NCBI RefSeq assembly: GCF_009914755.1
Contig: NC_060928.1
Reading direction: 5' to 3' (one strand)
Length of the DNA stretch: 64,000 bases
Source of the DNA: the human T2T-CHM13v2.0 reference genome, Homo sapiens
The translations under genes and the position numbers were made by a program. Numbering within the stretch: position 1 is the first letter of the stretch; every line of letters begins with the position of its first letter. Shown one piece after another: positions 29,105 through 42,752 of this stretch. The notes beneath the pieces are model-generated. The model had not been told where the DNA came from and ran no database searches. It saw nothing but the letters and a program-made list of their open reading frames with translations.

Positions 29105-29780
29105 CAGTTTATTTCAACAATTTTTTTTTACCAAATTTCTATTATTACCAAGTACTGGAGAAACAAAGCTAAATGAAATATATATATGCATAGAACATTT
29201 CATAATAATAAGAGAAGTAGGCACAGGGTGCTGTGAGTTTGAAAGAGATTCTTCTCATTCAGCTTGAGGAATAAGAGGTGGCCAGCATTTCTGAAGGAGA
29301 AGGTGTCCGAGATGATTTTTAGTCAGGGAAGTCATCACCTTTTCTCCACCCCAAACCTGGTCACACATGTTCGTATCTAAAATTCTCTTTTATTCCACTA
29401 AAAGAGAGCAAAAATGCAGTGCAGAATGAATAATAGGGTGTGCCTGGGGAACCAAATGTAGTTTCATATTACCAGAAATTAAAACACGAGATGTGGGTTT
29501 CTCGAAGTTCAGGCAGATGTCATGGAGGCTTCACAGGCTGGGATGAAAGCTTGGCATGTAATTGAAGTGATTTGTTGACATAAAAAAAGCAGTCACAGTT
29601 AAATTTGCACTGCTGTTATATAACTCTGGTGGCAGTGTGTAGGGTGTATTTGAAGGGGGCAAATCTGGAACCATTTTTAATTCTTCAATGAGGCATGATA
29701 AGGGCTTGAACTTGGCCATGATAAAGTCTGGGAAAGGAAGGGCACAATTAAGAAAAAGTAAGGAGGCAACTACTTATGAC
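29105..29780 (-). mobile_element. L2
   Basis: GCACAGGGTGCTGTGAG...TTTCTGAAGGAGAAGGTG...GATAAGGGCTTGAACT motifs. Confidence 0.55.
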
Positions 29781-29789
29781 AATGCTTGT

Positions 29790-29982
29790 TGAGCTAGAGA
29801 AAGCACAGCTTTAAGAGTGAGTGAGGCCTGAACTTGAACCCTAGCTTAATTACTTAAAAGCTTGAGCCTTTTACAAGTTACTGTAATTTTTGATTTTCTG
29901 TAATCCTGAAAGCGAGGGTGACTTTGCTTTGTGTCATCCTAGGGATTAGGCATAATTTAAAGCACCTGAAATAAATAATTAC
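29790..29982 (+). mobile_element. MIR
   Basis: GAAAGCACAGCTTTAAGAGTGAG...CTTGAACCCTAGCT...ACAAGTTACT. Confidence 0.55.
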
Positions 29983-30213
29983 CAAAGGTCGGTTCCTGGT
30001 TAACATAAGTAAACAAGCCTGTTTCCCCTACACTTCCTTGTACCTAAATTCCCCTGCACTTCCTTGTACCTAATCCTTGCCCTCTGCCTCAGGGTAAGAG
30101 AACAGCTGCCTTCAGCTTATTCTTCCCCAAAGCTATGCAGAGCCTTCTGACCTTTCAGAAGGTTTGCGCCCTTTCCCTGTAATTTCTGCCACCACACTGA
30201 CCGATCTCCTACA
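29983..30213 (-). mobile_element. LTR22 (HERVK22/HML-5) LTR, 5' half only
   Basis: Reverse complement starts TGTAGGAGATCGGTCAGTGTGGTGG...CAAACCTTCTGAAAGGTCAGAAGGCTCTGCATAGCTTTGGGGAAGAATAAGCTGAAGGCAGC. Confidence 0.8.
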
Positions 30214-31659
30214 TGACCTTTTAGGCTCTTAGCTTAAATGCCATGTGAATAGGGTCATTGTTTTAGGTTATGGGTCTCTTTTTATTAAGGGACACTGTAA
30301 GAGTCCTTTCAAAACCATCATAGACAGAAATACTTGTTATAAATGATAATAATAATATTAGTAAGCAGGGTGAAAAACAGTGGCTGGAAGAATGTCATCT
30401 GTCAGTGGATATGCTCATTCACGGGCAGGCTCTACTTTTCATGTGTTAACTCTTCCCATTTTACAGATAAGAACACGTAGAGAAAACCATGGAAATTAAT
30501 AAGCTTTTCAGAGAAATATATGCTCTCCCACCTCACATTCAAAGATAAAACTTGACGTGGATGTTGAGGACTTGACTAGAAAGAGAAGTAACAATTTCCT
30601 GATTTCTACTTCTCAAATGCATTTTGAGATCCTTCTCAGTCACCAAGTTTGATATCAGGTGTTATATCCTGAAGTGGCATAGCCTTGGTGGAGTCTTCTC
30701 ATTGGGTGAATTACCACCAAGATTAGCAATTATCATTAGAATTATTGTGATGGATAAATTCAGTTGTAATTATCATTATGGTTTATCTACTTTTCTCTGC
30801 GGGTTTGTATTAACACATTTTGGTAAGACTACAAGTAACTGTCTCTAGTTAAAAAAGAAAAGTTAAATGGACTCTGAGAATTGTTTCATATATCTATTAT
30901 CTACCTTCACTTGTGATACCAAAGAAGTAGTTTATCGGGCACAGATGCTACAGCAATGTTTAGTATATACGTCATACGTCGGTTGGAATAGAAAGGGTTT
31001 TGAAATTCTCTAAATCCAACTCAGACTGATACTAACTTATGAATAAGCAATATCATCTTTTTTGGACAACTATTGACTATCATGTCCATATGTGTTTTTC
31101 TAAAGGCTTTTATATGGTGTTTTGATTATGTCATAATCAATAAATGTCAATTGCTGCATTTCATCAAGTAACTGCCACAGGCCCCTGCCCAAACATAGCA
31201 CTTTTGATGACTCTGTTACCAATAAGCAAGATTTAAAAACAAAACAAAACAAAAAACTAGCCATCAGTCGAAAGTTTGTCTGTTGGTCTACTTTCTAAAG
31301 GGTCAGGAAATGAGTTGCAGATGGATCAGTATTTACGTTCCCTGACATGTCCTGAGGGCTTGGTGGATGTTTCCTTCAGTGTCACCACAACACAGCATTT
31401 AGGGCTTCCATTTAAAAGGAGCCCCTGCTTAAGAGAGAGTAGGAGGAAGGGGGCTCCACATGGAGCCGTAGGAGTGTGAGTGGTTCAGCACCCTTTTCTC
31501 CAGGTGAAAGTTGCTGCTCACTGTTACAAAGGGTGGACTTTGTAACACTCTTTGTAACACAGAGAGAAGATCTGTGTTTGTCTGGGGTGGTTGTGGCCAG
31601 CCTCACTGTCTTCCTTTCAGCTTCTCCTTTCCCTCCTCAGAGACTTGTCCTGCCAGTGA

Positions 31660-32255
<596 letters not shown>

Positions 32256-33489
32256 GGGTTTTATGGAATGAACGTATTTCCCACCTTAAGTCTCTATTTA
32301 TCTCCCTGATTAATGTTTGTTGTTTATGATAACTTTTCAAAATTAATTATATTTAACAAAATTATTGCTATTTTAGTGGAAAACATTATCTTCCCATCTT
32401 TAAAAACAAAAGAATTAGCATCAGAGTTCCTTTTGGAAAGAGAACTTCTCCTCTAGAAAAATAGCTATATAGTCCACTTCAGCTGGGTTAGGAGAAACAC
32501 CAAGAGTATGGCTTATACCATTAAAATGGAAAAATGCTGCCATGTGAAATGTTCAACTGAATATGTTTGTCGTAATCTGAGGTTGGAGGAAGGAGCCATG
32601 TCACGTGGTGAGACTCTGAAACTTTCTAAGAAGGGACTTAACAATTAAGCAGATGAACAGTTGCTTGAAGCAGGGTAGTCAAAATCTTTAGAGAGCACAG
32701 TTGTCTAATATCTGCTTTAAAGTTGTTAACATGTTCCAAAATAAATTGCTTTTATAGCATCAAACTTTGGAAAAATCTGCATCTCTCTTTTGGGGCCTTA
32801 ATCTCTGGAGTATTGTTTCTCATTTTTGTTGTCATTGAGAATGTGACTCATATGTCTGCACCTTTTTCAAACCCAGTCAAGTCTGGGAAAACACCTGCTA
32901 AATATAAAATCCACACACTTAAGGGCATTTACTTTTTCTCAATACACCAAACATGCAGTTAAGAAGTGAATGTCATGAAGTGGACATTTGAAAAAATCAT
33001 TCCTTCCTTGAGATGTAAAAATTAGTAAGGAAAACTCAAGTTTGTTTTACCTTTTTGGTTCAAAAATTATAGTTGGGTCATACCTTGTTAAAATATATAA
33101 ATTCATAAATTATCATGATTGCCAAGCCGCACATAAAATTATGCTTTTGCTTATACAAAATGAGCCTGATTGTACGTTTACAGTTCTGTGGGCTTGATGG
33201 CTTGCCCTCTTAAACCTCAGAGGAGAGAAAATTCTCCTCCAGCTACCATTTTGCAGAAAAAAAATCTCTTTCTTTGAGATGCCTGTAATACATGGCTGCA
33301 GAACAGATTCAAGGAGGGCTTTCGAAATGGGTTTAGAGCAGATTCATATCTGGTTTTTCAGCTGATTATATATTCATATATCTTCTTTTGAATTACTCAG
33401 TTTTGCTTCAGTTGTCCAGTGTTCTGCACCGGGATTATTTATGTTCAGCTGAGCCTCAAGAAAGAAATGTACAGGGAGATGGTGATGAT

Positions 33490-34520
33490 TAGAGGAAAAG
33501 AGCATAGGATTTGTACTCGAATCCGCCACAATGGGGATGGCTTAGTCATGTTGCTTAACATCTATGAAAATCATTTTGCTCAACTGTAGAACAGATTTAT
33601 TTAGGATTACTTCTGCTACATTAGGACCTGTGGTTTACATGGCAAATAAGGGAACATTTTGAGAGTTGAATGGTTACAGTATGCAAATTAACTTTTAGGC
33701 TATTAGCTTATTCTCATATCTGCAACTCTCTGCATGAAACATCTTTCTCTCTCCTGTTTATTTACTTGGTTAAATTCTTGTCCTTCTAAGTGCATTTCCC
33801 TTGACAGAGAGCCTTTCCTGACTTGCTGGTGTCTACTACATGCCCCTTCTTTCATGTCCAGTTTCTTGACTTAACATATGATTTTGAAATTGTTTCTTGA
33901 GTTGCCCATTTCCCACATTTGTCTCTGAGTTCCAAGAAGGCAGGAATCTTACTTTTTAAAATCATTTTGCCCTCCATGTCAATTACAAGCATCACTCTGA
34001 TGGAGAGTCAGCTCTCAGTAAATATTGACCTAATGGTTTATTTGTTGACGCTTCATGTAGTATTTACATTTTCAAGGTGGAATAATCAACTATGTTTAAA
34101 AATTTGGCATTACAATTACATACTTTGTTTCTGGTTTTATGTTATCTTTTTAACAGGGGAATGATGGGATGTTAGATCAGAAAGAGGTCTTGGAATTCAT
34201 GTAATTCAGTAACAGAATTTTGCATAGGAGAAAATGAAAATCAAGAGAAATTAATCAATAATTAATAATTAATGACAGAACCAGTATTTTATTTCAGAGA
34301 GGGAGGCACTGTTCAAAGGTGACCACAAAGGGTTTGAGGTCAAAGGTGTATTAAACTCTGAATTAGCCACTTGGCTCTGGCTAAAGTCTTCAGTTTCTTC
34401 ACCTGTCATGCAAAGAGAATATTCAGGAAAGAGGGTGTTCTTGTGATGATTAAACAAGTTAATATATGATAAAGCATATATAATTGCACAGAGCTATATA
34501 ACAATAGTCACAACTAGTTA
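33490..34520. mobile_element. Cluster of MIR (33490-33600, 34170-34270, 34330-34520) and L2 (33730-34040) fragments
   Basis: MIR core motifs (TTGCTTAACATCTATG..CTCAACTGTAGAA; CAGTTTCTTCACCTGTCA) and an L2 3' end CTCAGTAAATATTG. Confidence 0.5.
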
Positions 34521-36164
34521 TTCTTAGGATTCTTATTCGAGAACTCTTGATGCTGCCTCTGATTCCAACAGAAAACACTTAACCAAGACTCTGAATGACT
34601 ATTTAATGCCACAACAGATAGGTGTGAATAGCTTTTCTTGTTTTAAAAAGGAGCTTTGCAATTAAGTTATTAAGTGCTCCTGCAAATACCTACTAAGAAA
34701 ACAACTACCCATTTGATTTCTATCCAGTCTCTCTTTTTTCCTTCAGTTTAAGTTTCCAACTTCAAGATTGTTAAATATTACATGCTGTCTTGATTCTGAC
34801 CTGCAAATAACAAGCTGTCATTTGTGAATTCCTTCCTAAATTAAAGATAATTAGAAGGGCTCATTTCTTGTGATTAATGTCTGGAAGAGAACTGGGACTA
34901 GAATATTCTTGGCTTATTATTTTGCCATTCTAAAATAATGCCGACATTTGATTCTGATGCTAAGCTATTCTGAACACTTCTTAGCCATCAGACATCTAAT
35001 ATGTGGGAGCTTGTGCTAACACGTAAATGTTTAGGGTTGACATTCAGAGTTAAATCTTACTGTTGCTTAGTGGTAGACAGTGATACTAAGGGGAAGGAAA
35101 AAAGAAGGCAGGAAGGGAGTGCCCTTTTGTCTATACCTTTTCTTATCTGAATAATAAATTCATGCATACATTTTATACATGAATTCTATCTGCAGAAATT
35201 TTCTCTTGGGTTCCTAAAGTCAGGCAACCCTGGTCATCTAGATGTTGTCACAGCTATGACTTCTTCTTTCTTACTAAAGATAAGGATGATTGTACCTCAC
35301 CAATGGAAGAGGCTGTTCCTTCATGCTGAGCTCACCCTCACATTTTATGTGACATTCTTAACAATTTTACTTCTGCATGCAGCTACTTTTGCTATCAAGT
35401 CCAAAGCAAAGCTAAAGGATTAATAGTTCACAACACTTCCAACTCCTCTGAAAGATATATAGAATTGGTTTTAAATTAATGTCTCTAATTTTTAGAAAAT
35501 TTTCTAGAGGATATAATTCACTTTGTTTTAATTACTCTTCAGTTTTAATTCTTTGCTACAGAGGCAAAAATTTAGTCTAATTTTCTGCCATCTGAAGGTC
35601 TTGCAGGTGGCTACAGTCTTTATACAGCTTCTGATCTCATTTGAACATGAACTTGCTGTAGTTCGTTAGCCAATATGTCTCCCAGTTCCTTCACTAACCT
35701 GCTTGTCTCCTTTTAGGTGCACATCAGTTTTCCAGTGTTTCTCTAAAAGGGTGGAGGCTACAGACACAGTATTTGAAGCCCTTGACCTCATGTTACTCAT
35801 ACCTGAAATTAATGTTTCTATTTCTCTCTTTGCTGACTCTCTTTCCAGGGTTCCTTGTCTCTTTCTTGGCTTCTTCATTGCTTTCCTTTCCTACTGAATC
35901 TTCCTTCTTTTTGTTATTCTCCCAGAAACTAGAAAAAATTACATTAAGTAGTTTTTCTGGCTTGTATTTTTTAGTATGTTCCTTGTTAATTGTTAACTAC
36001 ATTTTCACAAAATAATCTATACTTTGTGGAATAAATTACAAAAATATTTGACTTAACAGAAGTTTCTAAGGGGAAAATAAAAGTTCATATTCCCCGCTAC
36101 TATCCTCCTGTTCTACTCCCTAAAGATAAACACCATTAATGGTTTGTTGTGTGTTCTTCCAGAT

Positions 36165-36350
36165 ATTATATATATGTGTATATATACACTTATATACTTT
36201 CTAAGTATATATATACCCATACACACGTATACATATACATATATGTATATATATACATCCAGCTTATAAGATATATATCTTATATACAAGGCTATATATC
36301 TTAGCCTTGATATATTTATATATGATACATTTATATAAATATATTTGTTT
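36165..36350. repeat. TA-rich low-complexity tract
   Basis: Degenerate (TA)n/(TATG)n, directly visible. Confidence 0.85.
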
Positions 36351-36383
36351 GTTTATTTATATGAAATAGATACCTGCCAGATC

Positions 36384-36762
36384 TGTATTAGTCTGTTTTC
36401 ACACTGCTATAAAGACATACCTGAGACTGGGTAACTGATAAAGAAAAGAGGTTTAATAGGCTCACAGTTCTGTGGGCTATCAGGCTTCCACTTCTGGGGA
36501 AGCCTCAGGAAACTTACAATCATGGTGAAGGTGAGGGGAATCAAGCATGTCTTCACATGGCTGGCAGGAGAAAGAGAGAGAACAAAGCGGGAAGTGCTAC
36601 ACACTTTCAAACAACCAGGTCTTGTGAGAACTCTATCACGAGAACAACAAGGGGGAATTCTGCTCCTGTGATTCAATCACCTCCCACCAGGCCCCTCCTC
36701 TAACACTGGGAATTACAGTTCAACATGAGCTATGAGTGGGGACACAGAGCCAAACTGTATCA
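36384..36762 (-). mobile_element. THE1D/MSTA-type solo LTR
   Basis: TGTATTAGTC...CAAACTGTATCA; TSD AGATC/AGGTC (1 mismatch). Confidence 0.9.
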
Positions 36763-36791
36763 AGGTCCAAATTGTGTGTATGTGTGTGTGT

Positions 36792-37086
36792 TTTCTTTTT
36801 TTTTTTTTAAGACAGAGTCTCACCCTATCACCCAGGCTGGAGTGCAGTGGTAAGATCATGGCTCATTGTAGTTTCGACCTTTTGGGCTCAAATAATCATC
36901 TTGCTTCAGCCTCCTGAGTAGCTGGGACCACAGCTGCATGCCACCATGCCCAGCTAATTTTTCATTTTTTGTAAAGATGGAGTCTCACTATGTTTGCCAG
37001 GCTGGTCTCAAACTCCTGGGCTCAAGCAGTTCTCCCCTGGGCCTCCCACAGTGTTGGGTTTACAGGAGTGAGCAAATATGCTGGCC
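36792..37086 (-). mobile_element. AluJ
   Basis: T tail followed by a diverged dimeric Alu ending CTGGCC. Confidence 0.9.
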
Positions 37087-38143
37087 CCCAATTTTAAATA
37101 AGAGCCTCTAGTTGTGCAAATATCTAAGTTTAATTTTTATACATGAATTTAATTTTTTATGGAACTCCCATTATTCTGATTGCCTCTAAGTTCTGGGAGA
37201 TCAAATAGCATCAAGGAGATGGGGTCAGCTCATCTGTGTCACTGTCATATTTCTATACGGGCCGCTACCTTTCACTTTTTGTTTGTTTGTTTCTTGGATC
37301 ATCAGCATGACCCTATCTGGTCATTTATTCTCCTCAGTTTTTTGCCTTACACTCGGGCATTTGTTATTGAACACCAAAAGCCAAAAAATTGATTTTTTAA
37401 AAATAATCTTGTATATTTTTCTGCATTATCCTCTTCTGGAGACATAGAACTCACTAGCTGCTGCCTGAATGAAGATAAATGTCAGAGTAACAGCATGTAT
37501 ATGAAAAAATTAAATATATTATCCTAATGACTACATAAATATGTTAATTGAATATTCAGTGGGAATTTCCTGTTTTTGTGGTATTTTGACTGAAGCCTGG
37601 AAGATGAGAATAATATATTATAAAGTACCTGCACATTCTCAAGAGAGACAGAAAATCAAACGGCTTGCTAAGAAGTGGCTAAATTAGTCTGTGGACATCC
37701 AACTCCCCAACCCCTGCCACCACCCTTACCATCCAATCTATCTAAACAGAAAAGCAGAAATTTAAGATAATGTATTGAAGAAAGGGAATTTATAGAAATA
37801 AGGAGTGCTTTGGTCTTTTCTCTTTTCTTCCCTATGCAGGTGTTGCCATTATTCCAGGGTAGGTAGGAGGAGATATCAAGAAAATTACTTAGAGAAATTT
37901 GGGAAGGTTCTTGCAAGGAAGCAGTGGCTTCTCACTATCCAACTGGAGTCTTTTTGAGCTGCTGAGACTCAGGGCCATTTCTGAGGACACAGGGATGGAG
38001 CACTGCAAGAGTTCTTGGGAGAGCTTGAAATGCATCCTTTGTATCTGCGGCCAGGGGCTGTAGAGAGAATGTCAATGACAGTTGCTTCAGAAGTCATGGA
38101 AGTAGGGGGTGGGAGGGAATATTGGAGCTGCTCAAGAGGCTGC

Positions 38144-38198
38144 AGACAGACAGACAGACAGAGAGAGAGAGAGAGAGAGTGAGAGAGAGAGAGAGAGA
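38144..38198. repeat. (GACA)n(GA)n compound microsatellite
   Basis: Directly visible. Confidence 0.9.
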
Positions 38199-38523
38199 AA
38201 CAGAAAGGCAAGTCTACTTTCCCACTATTTTATGGAGCCTATAAGGCAAGGGGAAGCAGTGAGGTTGAGCTGCCCTGATGAGACACTGCCCCAGGTTGCT
38301 GCCTTCTCCAGAGAAGAGATCCTAGGAGTGAGGAGCTGTGAGGTGGGTAGGTCACTAGGGCCTGAGGCCAAGGGAAAAATTAAGAGATCAGTCAGTACAT
38401 CAGCCATGTAGGGAAACTACGAAATCATTCTTTTCCTCTAATCTCCATTCCAGTTGCACTGAGTGTGGAAGATTCACAAATAGGGAAGTTGCAGTGAAAA
38501 ATCAAGGGAGGGAAGGAAAGGGG

Positions 38524-38524
<1 letters not shown>

Positions 38525-38584
<60 letters not shown>
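38525..38584. repeat. (TG)18(AG)12 compound microsatellite
   Basis: Directly visible. Confidence 0.95.
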
Positions 38585-38585
<1 letters not shown>

Positions 38586-38999
38586 AAGCTGATTATACTG
38601 ACAGTAACCTACTGTCTTGCAGTTCTCCAAACCCAGCTCTGAGCCTAAGTTGGATGGGGCTGGGGATAGTTTTGTTACATGAGGCAATAAAGGATACAAT
38701 TGGACTTGTCTGGACTTTGTAACACATAAAAATGAGTTGTAATTAATGAAATAAGATTTGTTCTTATAACTGGAATGACCAGAAAGTTAAGGAAGCATCC
38801 TCAGATTATCCTGGGAGGATGTTGGGGCTTTGTTTTGAAGGCAGTGATGAGAAACAAAGTTATTTGCCACCACATTGACAGAGACTCATTCCATGTATTA
38901 GTTTTATATTTCTCTATCAGTTTTAACAAACACACTTCTGGAATTTAGTTTTACTTAATAATAATAATAAATATATATATTTTTCTTCATAGAAATTGG

Positions 39000-39480
39000 A
39001 TAATCAGTTAATATATTTTGGGCAGGTTTTATTATTAACACACATAGATTAGTATAATTATTTTTAGTGACTCTACAGTAATCCACATTACGGATTTTCA
39101 TAAATCCTTCAGTTGAAGAATATTTTTGTTTCTGTTTTATTACAAGGAATGCTGCAGTGAATGCTCTTTCACACATAACCAAGCATTTCTATGAGCTATC
39201 TATAGGATAATTTGATAAGTGGTATTACTGTTTCAAAGAGTATGCGTACAAATAACAGCAAGTGTACTTAAAATTTAGAAAGCTAAGGCAAATTAATTTT
39301 TTGAAAAGTTTCAAAAACGGTGTATATAAACCTTTTTTTAATAGTTTTATCCACATTGGATCTTATTCAACATTTTAATCTCTATAGGTATCATAAGGAA
39401 AACTATATAGTGCCTTTTTGCTGTTTTGATCTTAATGTTTTTGAACAAAGTTGATCATATTTTCAAGTATTGTCCTTTTC
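39000..39480 (-). mobile_element. L1ME-type 3' fragment
   Basis: TTACAAGGAATGCTGCAGTGAATG...AAGTGGTATTACTG motif. Confidence 0.55.
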
Positions 39481-41106
39481 TAAATATTTAATGATTTAGG
39501 TAATACATAACTACAAGTGGCTCATAAAAATTGAAGTGTGACAGAGAAGACTAAAGTCTCCTATGATTATGAACTCAAATCCTAGTCCATTTGCTATCCT
39601 TCTCTTTCCACACCCCCATCTCACCAAATATTCCCTGTGAGGACCACATCTAATTCTTTAACCTGTTTCTTCTGATGTTTTCCTTCATATTTCTAAATGC
39701 TGTGCTTTTAACAGCTGTGTCTTTATTAAATTGTGACATCATCTTTTGACTTCTTTTCTAGGCATTTTTGCCCATTGACACCATCTTCCTAATTATGACA
39801 TCATTATTGTCTTGTTTATTTATTGATTTCTGGCTTACATTGGTCTTCTTTCTCTAGTTACATTAGGTAGTAACTTAGATGATTAAATTTTTATCTTCCT
39901 TCTTTTCTTCATATGCATTCAATGCTATAGATTTCCTTATGAGCGCTGCTTTTGCTATATTCCACAAATTCTGATAAGTTGTATTTTTATTTTATTCTAC
40001 TTTAAAATATGTTTAAATTTCTCTTGAGACTTCTTTGACCCATGTATTCTTTAGAAGTGTATTGCTTAATCTCCAAATATTTTGGGATTTTCCAGCCATC
40101 TTACTGTTATTGATCTCTAACTTAATTCCAAGGTGCTCTGAGAGCATATTTTATATGATTTCTATTTTTTAATTTGTTAAGATAAAGATGTGTTTTATAA
40201 CCCAGAATGTGGTTGACCTTGGTGCATGTTACATGCAAGCTTGAGAAAAATGTATAATCTGCTGCTGTTGCATGAAACCTTCAATAAATGTCAATTAAAT
40301 CTAGTTGATTGATGTCCAGTTGAAGTATATCCTTATCGAATTTCTCCCTGTTGGATCTGTCAATTATTGATAGAGGGAGCTCTTATTAATATCTGCAGCT
40401 CCAGCTATAATAGTGGATTTATCTATTTCTCCTTGAAGTTCTATCAGTTTTTGCCTCACTCACGTATTTTGTTGCTTTTGTTAGATGCATATACATTAAA
40501 AGTTGTTCTATCTTTTTGGAGAGTTTATCCCTTTATTATTGTGCAATGTCCTTCCTTATCTCTGGAAAGTTTTGAAGTCAGTTTAATTTGTGATTAGTAC
40601 AGCTACCTTAGCTTTTGATTAGTGTTATCACCGTGTATTTTTCTTATCCCTTTACTGTTTATCTGTGAAGACATGTTTAAAATGGGTTTTTTGTAGACAG
40701 TTGAGTCTTGTTTTTTCAACCACCCTGATAGTCTTTTTAGTTGGTATATGTAGATATTTACATTTTAAGTGGTTACTGATATCATTGGATTAATTCTACA
40801 ATGTTTGTAACTGTTTTCTATTTGTTGCCTTTGTTCTTTTTCAAAAATTTTTTTCCCACATTTTATGCCTCATCTGTATTTTTCTTTATCGTGGTAAAAA
40901 ATGTATACTATGAGATATACCCTCTTAAAAGTTTTTAAGTGTATAGTACAGTGTTGTTAACTAAAAGCACAGTTTCATACAGCAGATATCTAGGACTTTC
41001 TCATCTTGCATAATTCAAACTATACCCATTGAATGCAACTCCCCATTTCTCTCAACCCCCAGTCTATGGCAACTATCATTCTACTCTGCTTCTGTGAGTT
41101 TGGCTA

Positions 41107-41281
41107 TTTATTTACTTACTTTAGGGATAAGGTCTTGCTATGTTGCTCAGGCTGGAGTACAGTGGCTATTCATGGGTGCAATTACAGGGGACTACAGCCT
41201 CAAACTCCTGGCCTCAAGTGATCCTCCCACCTGAGCCTTCTGAGTAGCTAGAACTACAGGCATGTACCCACCATGCCCAGC
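41107..41281 (-). mobile_element. FAM (fossil Alu monomer)
   Basis: Monomer retaining the 7SL-derived AGTGGCTATTCATGGGTGCAATTAC...ACTACAGCCTC segment; degenerate TSD TTTG(G/A)CTATTT. Confidence 0.8.
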
Positions 41282-41420
41282 AATTTTGACTATTTTGTAA
41301 ACCTCATATAATTGGAGTCATGTAGCATTTGCCTTTCTGTGACTAGCTTTACTTAGCATAATGTCCTCGAGGTTCATCTATACTGTTGTATGTGGCAAGA
41401 TTTCCTCCTTTTTTAAAGCT

Positions 41421-41841
41421 TGCTATAGCTTTGATATTTGTCCTCTCAAATCTTATGTTGAAATTTGATCCCCAGTTTTGAAGGTGAGTCCTAATGGAGG
41501 CAGATCTCTCATGAATTGATTAATGCCCTTCCTGGTTGTGAGCGGTGGGCGGCGAGTCAGTTCTCACTCTATTAGTTCCCACAAGAGCTGGTTGTTTAAG
41601 AGAGCCTGGCACCATCCCTCTTACTCTCTCTTGCTTCCTTCCTTTCCATGTGATCTCTGCATATGCTAGCTCCCCTTCACCTTTCTCCATGACTGGAAAT
41701 AGCCAGAGGCTCTCACCAGAAGCAGATGCTGGTGCTGTGCTTCTTCTACAGTCTGCAGCATTTGATCCAAATAAATCTCTTTTCTTTATAAATTATTCAG
41801 CCTCAGGTATTCCTTTATAGCAACACAAAGTGATTAAGGCA
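41421..41841 (+). mobile_element. MSTB/MSTB1 solo LTR
   Basis: TGCTATAGCTTTGATATTTG...GATTAAGGCA; TSD AAGCT/AGGCT. Confidence 0.88.
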
Positions 41842-41845
41842 AGGC

Positions 41846-41879
<34 letters not shown>

Positions 41880-41905
41880 GGACATTTAGGTTGATTCTAC
41901 ATCTT

Positions 41906-42202
41906 CTTTTTCTTTTTGAGACAGGATCTTTCTCTGTCACCCAGGCTAAAGTGCAGTGGCATGACCGTAGCTCATTGCAACCTCAAACTCCTGGGCTCAG
42001 GGGATCCTCCTGCTTCAGCCTCCTGAGTAGATAGGACTACTGGCACTTGCCAACCACATCTTGCTAACTTATAAAAATATTTATTGTAGAGGTGGGGTTG
42101 TGCCTTGGTGCCCAGCTGGTCTCCAACTCTTGGGCTCAAGTGTCCCTGCTGACTTGGCCTCCCAAAAGCTGCGATTATAGGCATGAGCCACTGCACCTGG
42201 CT
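41906..42202 (-). mobile_element. AluJ
   Basis: Diverged dimeric Alu; TSD core ACATCTT. Confidence 0.9.
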
Positions 42203-42622
42203 GCACATCTTGAATAGAGTGAGTAATGCCACAATAACATGGAAGCGTAAATATCTTATCAAGAGACTGATTTTAACTTATTTGAATAAATATTCAGAAG
42301 TGGAATTGCTGTATCATATGATAGCTCTTTTTTAATTTTCTGAGGAGCCTCCATACAATTTTTTAAGCAGCAGCACTATTTTACAGTGCATAGAGTTACA
42401 GTTTCTTCACCACTTCACCGAAACTTGTTATTTTCTGTTTCTTTTTAAATAATGACAATTCTAACAGGTGTGAAGTGATATGTCATTGTGATTTTGATTT
42501 ACATTTTCCTGATGCTTAATGATACTGAGCACCTTTTCGTATAGCTGTTGCCATTCGTATGTCTTTGTGCAAATGTCTGTTCAGGTTCTCAGGCCATTTT
42601 TTAATTGAGTTATTTGCTGTTT

Positions 42623-42699
42623 TTGCTATTGAGTTGTAGCAGTTCCTACAAAATATACTGGAGAATGTATTTTGTAGGAACTCCTACAACTCAATAGCA

Positions 42700-42700
<1 letters not shown>
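42623..42700. repeat. Inverted repeat with 33-bp arms (32/33 complementary) and a 12-nt loop
   Basis: 42623-42655 is the reverse complement of 42668-42700 except at one position. Confidence 0.95.
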
Positions 42701-42730
<30 letters not shown>

Positions 42731-42752
42731 GACACACACACACACACACACA
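42701..42752. repeat. (TA)n(CA)n microsatellite
   Basis: Directly visible. Confidence 0.9.

Larger units (their letters stand above)
37665..38900 (+). mobile_element. LTR78-like ancient ERV1 LTR with embedded microsatellites
   Basis: 5' GCTAAATTAGT...CCCCTGCCAC...AGAGAAATTTGGGAAGG...GCTTCTCACTATCCAA and 3' TGACCAGAAAGTTA...GAAGGCAGTGATG match recalled LTR78. Confidence 0.6.

Noticed and set aside
35033-35233. Possible hAT MITE with AGGGTTG...CAACCCT ends
   Set aside because: Only 7 bp of inverted match and no 8-bp TSD; family not recognised
37815-37866. Strong acceptor plus GTAGGT donor suggesting a 19-nt microexon
   Set aside because: Lies inside the LTR78-like element, whose consensus has similar sequence; not a multiple of three and no other support
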